This document shows positions 26,030 to 39,271 of a stretch of 64,000 nucleotides of DNA, piece by piece. Both the position numbers and the translations under genes were made by a program. The notes under the pieces were generated by a model, which worked only from the letters and a program-made list of their open reading frames with translations, had not been told where the DNA came from and made no database searches. The DNA lies in assembly GCA_964016885.1 (NCBI GenBank), contig OZ024741.1, forward strand, positions 312,666,001 to 312,730,000, written 5' to 3'. Position 1 is the first letter of the stretch; the number at the start of each line of letters is the position of its first letter. Origin of the DNA: Eledone cirrhosa. Lineage: Eukaryota.

Positions 26030-29000
26030 ACTCATTTCTACTCAATGCACATTCTTACTGAGAACCACCTTGACAACTCCCACTTGTAAGCCGAAGTGAA
26101 AGCGAGGAATTTCACAACCATTCGCGTGGATAGTATCGACAGAAACAAGGGCGGATCTGCCAGTTTCCTGCATGATTCCTTTACGGCAGAAGGAAATACC
26201 ACATTCTCCAATGGCTATTGTGCATCAGTCACGGTGCGCAACAATGCCAATGACCTGATAGTAGTTGGGCTCTATAGGCCACTCCAAACAACCATACTGC
26301 GCTTTAAAGAATGCCTCAACAGTATTAAGTGCTTTACTCAATAGTGCTATTCTGGTAAGATACTTATGATGTGAGACTTAAATCTACCCTGTGTTGATTG
26401 ATCTACATACCGTTTGAAACCTGGCACTCCCACCTCAACCGCTGACAAAGAAGCAGTAGAGTTAATTCTCGACTTTATTAATGAAGTTTTCTTGTCGCAA
26501 CTTGTTCTTGCACCAACAAGCTATCAGAAGAACATTTTGGACCAAGTATTCATAACCACACTAACACTATATATAATATTAGAGTGGAAAAACCCATCTT
26601 TCAGACGAAAGCTAATCCTAGTGAACTCTCTCCAGCTCACCCATTTGATAACATGGATCTCTATAATGCCAATTGGGATGCAATCATGAATGACCTATCA
26701 CATGTTGACTGGACTTTTACAAACACACACATCTCCACCAACATCAAGACAGTTTGGAAGATCTTTGTATACACTGTCACAAACATATGTGCAAAACATA
26801 CCCCACCAAGGCCTGTGAACAAAACTAAGTCCAGAATATCTCCAAACAGGAAAAATATTATCAGAAAAATAAAAAGAACAAAGAAAAAATTAACAAACTA
26901 AAATACTGCCAACAGCAACACACTCATTCGACGGCTACTGCATTGCTCGTTTAAAAAAATTATAACTTCCAACAATACATGAAGACCATAATCAATAAAC
27001 AAAGAACAGCTGAAGAGAAATGGGCCATTGCGAAATTCAAACTCAACCCCAAAGTGTTATTTTCATTTGCGAAAAAAACACAAGATCATTGTCTCCAATG
27101 TTGGCCTTTTTATTAATGAAAACGGCACTCTCCAAGATAATGCCAAAAGCATTGGGGAAATACTGCAGAAACAATACTGCTCTGTTTTCAGCAATCCTGA
27201 TATGGCCGATCTGAGCTGTATCAGTGATGTTAATCCCCAACACACTATATCGGACATAATGTTTGGCGCCCCTGATGTCTTAGCGGCAATACACGACATT
27301 AAACACAATTCAGCAGCAGGCCCCGATAGGTTCCTTGCTTGTGTCTTGTAGGTGTTTCGATATGAACTTGTATCTACTCTTGCTAATCTGTGAAGGGACT
27401 CACTGATGCTGGCTATATTTCTGAAACCTTTCTATCCCAGTCTGTTATCCCAGTTTACAAAAAGGGATACGAGTCCCTTGCAGTGAATTACCGTCCGATC
27501 TCACACACCTCTCATGTCATCAAATTATTTGAGAGGATGGTGAGAGCACGAATAACTCACTTTCTTGAAAGCAAAAGACTGCTGAACTCCAACCAACATG
27601 GGTTCCGGAATTGAAGGGACTGCCTAACGCAGCTCCTGCACCACCTTAATGACATTATGAGAGCTTTGGGTGAGGACTCCAAAACTGATGTCATCTACCT
27701 AGATTTCAGCAAGGTCTTTGACAGGGCTGATCACAAAATTCTTCTGAAAAGACTGTCCAGCATTGGTGTCTCTGGAATGTAATTGCAATGGATTCTGTAT
27801 TTCCTGACACACAGAGACCAGCATATTGTGGTCGGAGGAGAAAAATCAGGCCCAGCCAAAGTGAGTAGTGACGTTCCACAAGGCACCGTGTTGGGCCCAC
27901 TTCTTTTATTCATCTATATAAATGACATTACTGACATCATCAAGCACAGTAATATAAGGATCTTTTCAAATGATTCCAAGCTCCAGAAGGTCATCAATGG
28001 AGTACAATAGGGCAGTGGTCGCCAACATGGGTTCCGTAAAACAAACTCCGGGTTCCTTAAAAAATAAATATTTACGTTACCATTAATATTTTGGGTTTTC
28101 TGAAAAAGATGCAAAGAAAATGCCAAAGGTGCAATGTATAAATTAACAAGTACTATTGTAATGTACACAGGTTCTCCACTCCAATTCGTGGAAAACATTA
28201 CTTTCAGTTTCTCACTTGAATTAGCAGAAAAACACTGTTCTGAGATTCGTGGAAATTGAATACTTTCAATTTCACATCAATTCTTGGAAAGACATAGTTT
28301 TCTGAATTCCGAGAATTTGACTACTACTGATAATACACTAATTGAACTTAGAGATTGACCAATCACGAAGAAGTAAATGTTGGTCGATGACAGCATAACT
28401 TTAAACTGAAGACTTCAGTTCAGCTAGGTCTCTCAGCCAAGAGACTGGGTCAGTTCGCTGTTCTCACAACGTAAGTTCAGTAGAATGTTTTCAATAGAGA
28501 ACACGTTTTAATCTGCTGCCCTCACAAAAGCTTTAAAGTCGTCTAATGTTTCCTCACTGAGTGAAGTCGCTTACTAGTCGTTTTCAACATGCATCCAGTT
28601 CCACAGACAATTCTAAATGAGAACACTTTACATTCTGTTGTACTTTGCACAGAAAATATAACGCCTGTAAAGTTTCGACTACTAACAAAGGTAATTTTGT
28701 ATTCCATGCACACACTATACACTTTGCAACACAATTATGTATTCATTTAAATCCTGCAAAACGTAAAAGACACATTGATACTAATCACACTAATGATAAA
28801 AACAAGTCACTGGAATACTTTACTTCGCTGAAAAACAACATAAAAAAATCACAAGCTAATATGTATGACTTGTTTTGTAAAAAGTTAGATAGAAATAAAG
28901 CTTTAACAAGAACATCTTTTGAGATTTCACATTTGATTGGTTAAAACAAGAAAGCATTTACATTAGGAGAACAGTTAATTCTGCCAGAGAATCTTTCTTT

Positions 29001-31230
29001 TTGAAAGCTGCAGTATTAAGGACAAAGAAAAATTAAGCCAGTTACCATTGTCAGCAAATACCGTAAAAAGAGGGATAATTGATATTTCTTCTGATATAGA
29101 AAATCAGATACTAACTGCACTAAAGAAAAGCCCATGTTTTGGACTGCAAGTGGACGAAACTACAGACATTAATAACAAGGCTCAATTAATTTGCTATGTA
29201 CGGTTTGTAGACCTTGATAAAAAAGAATTAGTAGAAGAGTATTTGTTTTGCCTGGCATTAGACATCACAACTAAAGGTCAAGATATATTCAATAAAATTG
29301 AAGAGTATTTTTTTTAAATGGTGTATCTTGGAGCAAATTGACTTCAATAACAACAGATGGAGCATCTGCAATGACTGGTAAAAATTCTGGTTTGATTGCA
29401 AACATTAAAGAACAGACCCCAAATTGTATTTCAAATCCTTGTATGATTCATCGAGAGGTTGTGTGTTAAAAAAAATTCAAAGACAGAGATGCTCACATAT
29501 TAAATGACTAGCTGAAAGACATTGTCAAAATTATCAATTTGATCCATGCAAGAGCAAAACATTCTAGAATGTTTGAATCTATTTGTGAATGTTCTGGAAG
29601 TAATTATAATAGATTGTTATTGAACAATGATGTGCGTTGGCTGTCTTTTGGGGATGCTATGTAGTGAGTTCTTGAACTGAGAGAAGAAATAATAGTTTTT
29701 CTAAAAAAACAGAATGATGAAAGAGCAAGTGTATTAGAAACCAATGAATGGAATGTGCAACTCGCTTATTTAGTAGACATTTTTGGTGAACTGAACAAAC
29801 TAAATAAGTGTCTTCAGGGTAACAATTCATATATATTTACTTCAATCAATTTTATTACAGATTTTCAATCAAAATTAAACATCTTTATCAAAATAATTGA
29901 ATCGGACAATTACTTTCAAACCTTGAACAAAGATTAAAAAGAGAGAAAATTTTGACTCCAGCAATCTAAAGAAGATCATTCTTTCTCATTTAAATGTGCT
30001 TTCCACAGGTTTTTCAGATTATTTTGACTTGATGGAAAAAGATATTGTTAGCGTAAATTTATAGATAAAAATCCCGTTTACCGAGATCGAACAGTTAGTG
30101 TCAGAAAATGACGCTGGAAATTGTAAAAATTTACTACCTGCCCAATGCTTACATCAGTTGATGGATTTGAATTCAAACGAAGACCTGAAAGTGATATTCG
30201 AAAGCAGAAAGAAAGAACTATGGATTGACTTATTCTTGATTGGGGAGTTTAATGAAATCAGCCAACTTGCATTGAAGTATTTGACTTTATTCCCATCTAT
30301 TTGTGCGAAAAATGGTTTTCGCAGTTGGTGGAAATCTGCACAAAGAAGAGGAATAAACTGTCAGCAATTGACGAGTGTATGAGACTGGCATTATCTAGTG
30401 TTGAACCTCGATTTTCTAAACTCACTGATGAGGCGCAGCAGCAGAAAAGCCATTGTGTTCGATTACATACAGACACATGAAACACTAAAATAAATAAATA
30501 CTTTATTATTTTTTTTGTAAGTTTTTGTACTGTATAGGTTCCGTGAAGAATTCAAAATATTTAGAGGGTTCCTCGGTTTTAGAAAGGTTGGCGACCACTG
30601 CAATAGGGTACTAAATGGTGATATATTTTAGTTTATCTACTAAGGAAAAGAGGATGCACTGAAACTCCCATCTTCCATTCCATCAGGTGAAACTCTCGTG
30701 GCATCCAACAACATCAAAGAGTAGGGTGTAATTGTAGACAACTACACATATAAACATATAAACATATAAACATAAAAGTTAATATGGACCGCAGAATATG
30801 TTCCTGAATTCTCAGAACTTCCCAGTCGAGAGATATCCACACCATTGTCCTTCTCTTCTCCAATTTTGCCCGACCCCACTTTGAATACGGTTGTCCACTG
30901 TGGTCTCCCCACACAAAACAAAGTTTCATGAAAGTTGAAGCACCTCAAATGTCAATCACAAAAAGATAGATATCATGTCAGGCTTTGCCTATTGGGGTTG
31001 ACTAGAAAAACTCAGACTTTAATCTCTCCTACGTCACTGTGAGTGCTATATCATATAAATGATGTGGAAAATATTCCATCAGCATTGCTCAAATGATGTT
31101 TGCATCAGCTTTAAGCTACACTCAAGGCTTGGGCTCCATTCTATCCACCACCAATAAAAATCAAATTCGTATCTTATAACAATAATACGGCAAAATTATT
31201 TCACATCAATTTGCCCCGCCCTCTTATAGT
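26030..31230 (+). pseudogene. Degraded CR1/L2(Jockey)-type LINE (APE + RT), interrupted by a hAT transposon
   Basis: DRNKGG, VGLYRP, SAAGPD, NYRPISHTSHVIKLFER, NQHGFR, YLDFSKVFD, VPQGTVLGPLLLFIYIND; after the insertion FARPHFEYGCPLWSP. Confidence 0.88.
28013..30600 (+). mobile_element. Buster-type hAT DNA transposon with decayed transposase
   Basis: 14-bp TIR CAGTGGTCGCCAAC/GTTGGCGACCACTG; 8-bp TSD CAATAGGG (28005-28012 and 30601-30608) with central TA; LSANTVKR, LQVDETTD, TDGASAM, CMIHRE, VRWLS, LAYLVDIF. Confidence 0.95.
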
Positions 31231-31494
31231 TTTATATATATATATATATATGCGTGCCACACATATAACATTTGCACTATATAACCGCTTATCTTCATGT
31301 TGTATTTTAACCTATATCTTTGATTTGTGATTGTACCTATTAATATAAATGTAATCTCGAAGTGTGTACTGCCACTCTAAATTCTGTAATGAATGTTGAC
31401 CCACAATGTTTGAATATGTATCAATGTTTGAATATGTATTGGTATGTCTCTCGGCTGAAAAGGAGGTCATATAACTGTCCATGCATTAATAAAT

Positions 31495-31541
31495 TGCTCC
31501 GAAGAATCCAAACCTCGGTTTGGAGGAAACAGCTGTAAGCA
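31495..31541 (+). ncRNA. Minimal type I HHR (homologous degenerate copy at 46053-46097, minus strand)
   Basis: TGCT-CCGAAGA-a-TCCAAAC-ctcg-GTTTGGA-g-GAAA-CAGCTG-TA-AGCA; ~100 bp downstream is homologous to 45950-46050. Confidence 0.82.
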
Positions 31542-31742
31542 CAATAATGTTTTGAACAGTTCTTTGATTCTTATATTTCATATAACTGCTCTGTAAATCA
31601 TCTGATGTTTTTACATTGAGCTACTTAACTTACTGGTAATAAGGTAGTAATACAATACTGCCTACCACTATTTAGGGTGTGTGTAAAATACTTACAACTG
31701 CTTAAGGTTTTGTATTTACATAACCATAAATAGTATAACTAA

Positions 31743-31778
<36 letters not shown>

Positions 31779-32860
31779 GTGGTTACACAGCAGTTAGTTC
31801 ACTATACCGAGAACAATTGTTTCACCTTAGCGGATCCTCAGCTCTTAATGGGCATGGTTATACGGAGCAGGAAGGAAAACCGTACGAACGCGCATGCGCA
31901 GAAATCCGTCACTTCAAACAGGCAATACGAAAATGCGTGCCGGAGGTGTAAGGGACATAACTGCGAAAGTCCGAAAAGTTTTTAGTTGATAAGAAAAAAA
32001 TATTGATGTTGTTAAAATAATTCATTCAATCCGGAGCTTTGTAGTTATGCAGTAGGTGTTTCGAGACGTGTGGACAACGTGTTAAAAATTCATTACTCGT
32101 GTTCAGGCAATCACTATTTCATAATCCCTTTAAAATATTTATTCGTTCGTCAATACACAGTCCACACGACGGATTTCCTCTTGCGTACGGCTTGGACTTA
32201 GTGATGGTTTTCCATTGAATGAAGTAGTCTATACTTGAGACCTCGTAGGACTATACGTGGCTCGCGAGTTTCGTGGATGAACGTCTGTCCGTGTACCTAA
32301 AGTTCGACTGATGGTTCAGGAAACGTTCCTTAAATCGGCTTTCCGCCATGCCCACATAGGATTTGACGTCTTGTGGTTGGTTTGGTCGATTGGAAGTGAC
32401 CAGAGCTTCATAAATTACAGCTGGTGTGTTGCATTGTTGTTGAAGGGGGAAAGCTTCGGGCTTACGGCAAGAGCACCCTGGTGGGGTGTTGCTCATAGGG
32501 TTGCTGGTAATGTTGGCCTTCATAACTACAAAGCTCCGGATTGAATGAATTATTGTAACAACATAAATATTTTTTCTTATCAACTAAAAACTTTACGGAC
32601 TCTAGCAGTTACCTCCCTTACACCTCTCGCACGCATTTTATTATTGCCTGTGTGAATTGACTGGCTTCTGCGCATGCGCGTTCGTACGGTTGTCCTTCCT
32701 GTTCCGTATAACCATGCCCATTACGAGCTGAGGATCCAATAAGGGGAAACAATTATTCTCGGTATGGTGACCTAACTGTTGTGTAACCACTGCTACCTAA
32801 CTCGTCCCATGGACTGAGTGCTCTACCACTACGGATATTACCTTCCAGTGTGCTACCACT
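31779..32860 (-). mobile_element. Penelope-like element PLE3: GIY-YIG fragment between inverted pseudo-LTRs; HHRs at 31809-31844 (-) and 32724-32761 (+)
   Basis: CSCRKP...C...VIYEALV...YVGMAESRFKERFLNH; arms 31779-32053 and 32518-32790; GAG-CTGAGGA-tCC-gctaa-GGt-GAAA-CAATTG-TT-CTC. Confidence 0.87.
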
Positions 32861-32907
32861 ATATATATATATATATATATATATAAATGTATATATATAA
32901 ATGTATA

Positions 32908-33539
32908 TATAGTATATTTTGCAGTACACTGTATGCTTAATTAAAAGCATTTCGAAGACCTTACGCTATTGTTTTAGAGTAGTGATAGTCTCACTAACTT
33001 TAAATTTTCCGCAAAAAGGGGAGATAAAGCTGACAGAGCTCTGTTTCGTACTGATTGGTACTTATCAAAGCCAAGTACTTCACCTGTTTGTTGAAAATCA
33101 TGAATGTTTGATTCTTATAGAATTCTAGTAATAATCAGGAACTGATTATACAGAGCGGTTGCCGGTGGGGCAGAAATTGGAAATTAGAATTGGTGCTCTG
33201 AAATAGCGATATATATATATTCTAATTTTCAATTTCTGCCCGACCGGCAGCCGCTCTGTATAGTCAGTTCCTGATTATTACTAGGATTCTATAAGAATCA
33301 AACATTTATGATTTTCAGCAAACAGGTAGAGTACTTGGCTTTGATAAGTACCAATCAGTACGAAACAGAGCTCTGTCAGCTTTATCTCCCCTTTTTGCGG
33401 AAAATTTAAAGTTAGTGAGACTGTCACTACTCTAAAACAATAGCGTAAGGTCTTCGAAATGCTTTTAATTAAGCATACAGTGTATTGCAAAATACACTAT
33501 ATATACTTTCATATAAATATTGCTATTTCAGAGCACCAA

Positions 33540-33547
<8 letters not shown>
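32908..33547. repeat. Family H: two inverted, circularly permuted copies of a 320-bp unit
   Basis: 32908-33190 is the reverse complement of 33219-33501; ATTCTAAT recurs at 33219 and 33539. Confidence 0.9.
33337..33381 (+). ncRNA. Type I HHR with U3-A8 core (family H; second copy 33028-33072, minus strand)
   Basis: GGCT-TTGATAA-GTAC-caatca-GTAC-GAAA-CAGAGCTCTG-TC-AGCT, identical in both arms. Confidence 0.85.
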
Positions 33548-33589
<42 letters not shown>

Positions 33590-33807
33590 TGTGTACACAT
33601 AGATACAAGCATAAGTACATTTTCTAGTACGAGTTGATGGCAATCATTTGACCAGCCAAAAGAAAAAGTAAAAACAAAATATTGGGGTATAAAAATATAG
33701 AAAACATCTAAACAACGCACATAAGCACGCGCAACACGTACACAAAGATACTGATGTACACAAATACATATCATTACAAAAGAGTATGTAAATATATATA
33801 TGTACAT

Positions 33808-33929
33808 ATTCTTGCTCTTATGTTGGCATGTTTACATGAGGAAAACTCCCCCACCACTTTCTTTCTTTCTTCTTAATTTTAAGCCTACCTTAACTAGCAA
33901 CTACACAGCCTCCCTATTATATCTCTCTC

Positions 33930-34028
<99 letters not shown>

Positions 34029-34170
34029 GGAGAGGGAGAGAGAGAGAGAGAGACTAGGACGGCTGTGTAGTTGCTAGTTAAAGTAGGCTTAACATTAAGA
34101 AGAAAGCAAGAAAACGGGGGGGGGGGGGGGCGTTTTCCTCATGTAAACATGCCAACATAAGAGCAAGAAT
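33808..34170. repeat. Fold-back element with ~105-bp arms around (TC)n-(TA)n-(GA)n
   Basis: ATTCTTGCTCTTATGTTGGCATGTTTACATGAGGAAAAC and its reverse complement. Confidence 0.85.
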
Positions 34171-34331
34171 GAAGGGTTCATTCTACTGACATAGCCTTAA
34201 AAATGAGGCGTGTTTGCATAATTGCAAATGAATCGAATGTTATTATTAATTTTTTTAAAACTCAGATTACATTTATTGTATTCAACTATGGAGACCGAAA
34301 TTTTATTTTTATTATATAAATATATATATAT

Positions 34332-35037
34332 ACTAGCACTGTATCCCGGCGTTGCACGGGTAAGAACATTGGTAATAACATCTCCAATAAGAAACGTTTA
34401 TTTGTGAGTGCCTGTTAAAAACTCACGAAAATATACCGACAGGAAACTTGTTTTATTTGGAGAAAATTAAAAAGTTGAAAGTACAGTTTAGCTGTCTACT
34501 TGCATTGTTGATAGGAATATTGTTGAACACCATCTTTTCATACTCCTCTGTTTTGGCCTTTTGGAGTAAATGTGAAAGAGAAAGTCACAGGTTAAGTTGG
34601 CAGAAGGTTCCAGTGTCATAGCAGTAAGGCGTAGGCTACTTACCTTAAAATTCATTCGCACACTTGTCACAAAGTTACTCTTTCTCTCTATCTCTCTCGG
34701 TGCAGTCCCTTGCGAATTTCTCTTGTAGGCCTAGTGTAGATTTGCACCCCATCTCTCTGCCCGATGCACATGTCCGCTTTGTACGGCTTTTGGAACAAGG
34801 AGTGACCAGCAGTACATTGTTCGGTATTATTACGAAAAGGTGTAGCAGAGAATCCCGCGTGAATTAACAGCTCGGGAGGAAACTGCTCACCTCGAAGATT
34901 CATTTGCCATCGTTCTTGTCAATGCTCCGTTTAGTTGGTATTTGTTGGTCTACAGTTAGATGAATGGCGCACAAAGGGTTAATGTTTATTGGCAAGAAGT
35001 ACAACTGGACTGGCTTGCCTCGCTTATATTATATATT
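34332..35037. mobile_element. Non-autonomous Helitron/Helentron-like element
   Basis: Terminal ACTAG followed by hairpin CCCGGCGTTGCACGGG, as at 42596; right boundary approximate. Confidence 0.55.
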
Positions 35038-35044
35038 AAAATAA

Positions 35045-35232
35045 GGGCGGTGGATTGGCAGTATCGGTTGAGGGTCGGACGCCATGCTTTCCAGCATAGT
35101 TACGTCCATTTACGATCTGAGTTCAAATCCCGCCGAGGTTGACTTTGCCTTCCATCCTTACGGGTCGATAAAATAAAGTACCAGTAATGCACTGGGTAAT
35201 TGCTAGCCTTGTGCCTAAAGTAGGAACAATTA
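35045..35232 (+). mobile_element. tRNA-derived SINE
   Basis: Same family; degenerate or partial copies also at 36440-36597 and 47680-47785. Confidence 0.9.
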
Positions 35233-35622
35233 TATATTAAAATAACACATTAAGAATCGCTGCTTTCACCCTTAACGGGAACTTCTGAAACTACAAATAT
35301 CAATCTGTGAACGAAGAAGTAAATATTTCGAAAAACGTTGCAACTGAAGGAAAAAGGAAGACGATACTTTGGTTTGAGAAGACGTTCCCTGGTAATGAAC
35401 GGAAAATAGCGAAGATAATACGTCATCAATGTTTTTCAGAAAGTTGTAATGCAGAGAGCCAGGCATACAGACAGATCCGGCGCCTAACACCCTTTTAAAA
35501 ACAGAAAATTGAAAAATAAAAGCTGCATAGACTTTGCAAAAATGAGGACACGCATAGACAACTAGTTAAGGGTAAAAGCAGCGATTCTTTGCTTAAACTT
35601 TAATCTGTTATTTTAATAAATG

Positions 35623-35654
<32 letters not shown>

Positions 35655-38639
35655 TACGTATATATACATATATATACACATGCACACACACACACACAGA
35701 CATATATATACACACATATACATATATACACACATACATATATAAACATACACGTGTGAGTGAACATTGACGGATAAACAAATATGTAAGTAATCCAAAA
35801 AATAAATAGGTAAATAATAGACATAACTATACACACACATTCATATTCATAAATGAAAAGATATCTTTACATACGCATGTACGCACGTACGCAGACATAG
35901 AGATATGGAAATGCATATAATTAAAAAAATAGAGTGTATATACACACCTAAATAAAAGTATATAGATAAATAATTATATACACTATGATATACACATATA
36001 CAGCACAAAATACGTATACATACGTACATAAACACACGTATATATAAGTATATACACGCACACACATAAACATATATACATATATGCATATACATACATA
36101 TGAACATATACATACACATATGCACACATACGTATGTGCAGAATATATACATACGCATATATAGACAGGCACATACACACTCATATATAAATATACATAT
36201 ACACACATAAATATAAGAATACACACACATATATACATAAACACATACATATATACATACATAAACAGGCATATATTCATACATATCTATGAATATATTA
36301 TGTCAAAGATAGAATTGGGGTTCCCGTTATTACAATAATGAAATGTTAAGGTGTCTGTAGAAAGAGTATAACTATTAGGTAGAAAGAAAAAGACTTTGAT
36401 TGAGTATTAAAGTGGATGGAATATGAGGGTAGTCTCATATCATTTGGCAGTATCGGTAGAGTTACGGTCTTTTATGGCCCGAGTTCAAATCCCGCCAAGT
36501 TTAATTTTGCCTTTCATCCTTACGGGATCGATAAAATAAAGCCCCAGTATTACACTGCGATAATTTCTGGCCTTGTGCTTAAAGGAGAAACAATTGTTAC
36601 TCTGAACTAAATTTATTAAATAGGAAATCTGAAATATTTCCACTTCTCCTTATATTAATCTCCATTGTTTTCACTATTTTAGACCTATTAACTAATTTAT
36701 ATCAATGTAGATTTATACCTTACTCTTTTCAGTACCATTACTATCACTGTATAATAATTATTTAATTGCACTTTTAAACCTAAAAGTTTAACTATAATAT
36801 GTTTAAATACTATATACTGTCTACCATTCTTCACACACCCCTCTCCGATCACTTCTATTGCAAATACAATTTATTATAACCACCTCATCACTTTTAGGCA
36901 ACTTAATAATACATTGTTTCCATACCTTTTCTCACTAGACTCACTTATATTTATTTTTGCTAAATATATAACAACCATTGCCTCACCATATATTTTTTAT
37001 TTAATATTAACTATTCAATAATAGTATAATTAACCTTTTTTTAAATAATGCATAGCACCTTTAGTATATATACATAATTTCTTTGTAATATGTAAAATTA
37101 TATTTCATTTAAATTTCTTTTGTTTTGCAATCATTAAATCAGAAAACAATTTTTTTAAAAATTCGATTCCCATATATATTTAGATACTAAATTTTTCTAC
37201 TTTTTCTTACTAAATATATAGTAGCTCTCTAATATATAGAATGTCTTACATGAATTAACTCCCCTTTATATTTATTTTATTTTACCCTTTTTTTTTATTT
37301 TTTAAGGCTTATTTTTTAAAAAATTCATGCTAAGATGGATGATTTGTACTCTTGATGACATATGACTTTGTCTCCTCTATTCAACTATGTAGTGCTTTAG
37401 ATCAAAGGTTCTCAACGGGAGGGGGGGGGGGGGGGCGTTTCGGAGCTCCAATTGGGCGTTTTGGAGGGCGCTAGAGCGGTGCTGGGAGCTCCTTTAGTTT
37501 TGTAAGTTTTATAAGTCATATTTGTACATCTCTTAGACAGCCAGTGTGAATTCATTTGAATGAAGAAAATGAAGTAAATAAATAAAAGAAGATTGTCAAC
37601 GAATTCCCCAGGAAGATAAAAGAAAAACAAAAGAAATCAACGAAAATGAATATAAGGACGTCAACTTTGACAACAGTTACAAGAACAACTTCAACAGAAA
37701 TGACAACAAAATGAAGCAATGGTGATGAAAGATGTGGGTACATACGAACATACACACACATGCATACGTACGTATATACATATATACACACACACACACA
37801 TACATACATACACACGTACATACACACACATATATATACACACACAGGCCTGCGTTAGTGTTTGATGAGGTTGAGAACCTGGTCAGCTTTCAGCCAGAGC
37901 TGTGGTATTTAATCTCCCTAGGTAATAAAATCTGGAAACAGAATTTTCTCCTTGCCAAAAAAAAACACATCCTTACACACTTAAATATAAATGCATGTAT
38001 ATCCTGAACGGACGGTAGTCCGTTTAGTAATATTGTTGTGGTCGTATTTTCGTTGGCAATCGTCTGTTTACGACAGTACAGCGCGGCTCTACTTTATTTA
38101 ACTGAGATAAAACTTATATGAGCATGAACAGTAGATCATTACGCATCTTTTGGCTTAAAAATCTAGAAATTTGGTTCAGCGGGAAAAAGTTTATAATCAA
38201 AGTTTGCTGATAAATCTTGTGTTCAAGTGAGTGAGTAGTAAGCGTGATGCTAGGGGAGGTAATCCAGAAATGACGACGTTTGGAAAAGTTTAATTACTGC
38301 ATGAAAGAAATGATTCAAAAATTGAACTTGCCCAATCTTCACAACATTGAAAATTGGTCAAAATTTGACAAATCTGACTTCAAACCAGATATGATTCATT
38401 TGAACAATGTTGGAAATCTTAAATTGACACACATTTTTGCCAATGTTTTTGCCACCTGATCCTTGTTCTATGGCTGACTGACTAATTTTGTGACTTAATA
38501 AAATGTCATCATACTAGTAATGCACAATGGTCATTTTTAAATTTAAATTTTATTAAATAGTTGTTCATTGCATTGCCTTCAAATAGTAACAAGAATGTAC
38601 ACATACTTTTAAAAAATACATCATTATCAGTCAAATCAG

Positions 38640-39099
38640 TCAAATGTCACTAAAAGCCAGGTGGTCGATAACAACTTCTATAAGATTAGTAACATGCTCA
38701 CACATTGGATCACCTCTCATCAATGGCATTGGGTATCTGAGATAATTGTGGAGATAACTGATGAAGTCACAAATGAAGTGATGGTCTTCCAGTGTGAACA
38801 ACTTCCTATATCCATTGATATATGTGATGGCTTCCGATTCATAGGTGCATTGTATGAGGAATTCCATGCATCCGATTTTCAGTGATTCAATGGGCATTTT
38901 ATCAGAGATGATAAGGTATTTGACCACGTTTTGCTTTGTAAGTAAATTGGAGAGAATCACTGCAGTCAAAGTCATTTCTTTGCATGGTTTTTGTCCATTC
39001 TAAAAAGTTAAAATGATAAAGTATTACTACTATATAACTTACATCTATTGTTGTAACACCATTGAAATGCACAAGCTTCACCAATTCACTATTATGCAC
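38640..39099 (-). pseudogene. Possible frameshifted BTB/POZ-domain fragment
   Basis: VHFNGV...IVVILY then LTKQNVVKYLIISDKMPIESLKIGCMEFL resembles the BTB C-terminal pattern; by eye only. Confidence 0.4.
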
Positions 39100-39271
39100 T
39101 AATCATCTCAAATGCATTCATGATTTACTAGCTTTGTCATTAAGTCAGTTGCCTCAACTAGATTGCAATTATACTCAAAAGAACTTTAAAATGTCAATCA
39201 CTTGTCAGTAATTCACTATGATCATTTAATTATTAGATAGTTGTTGCTTGCATTGCCTTAAAAAATAGTAG

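Noticed and set aside
37403-37884. Possible hAT MITE with GGTTCTCAAC/GTTGAGAACC ends
   Set aside because: Terminal bases are degenerate and no TSD was found
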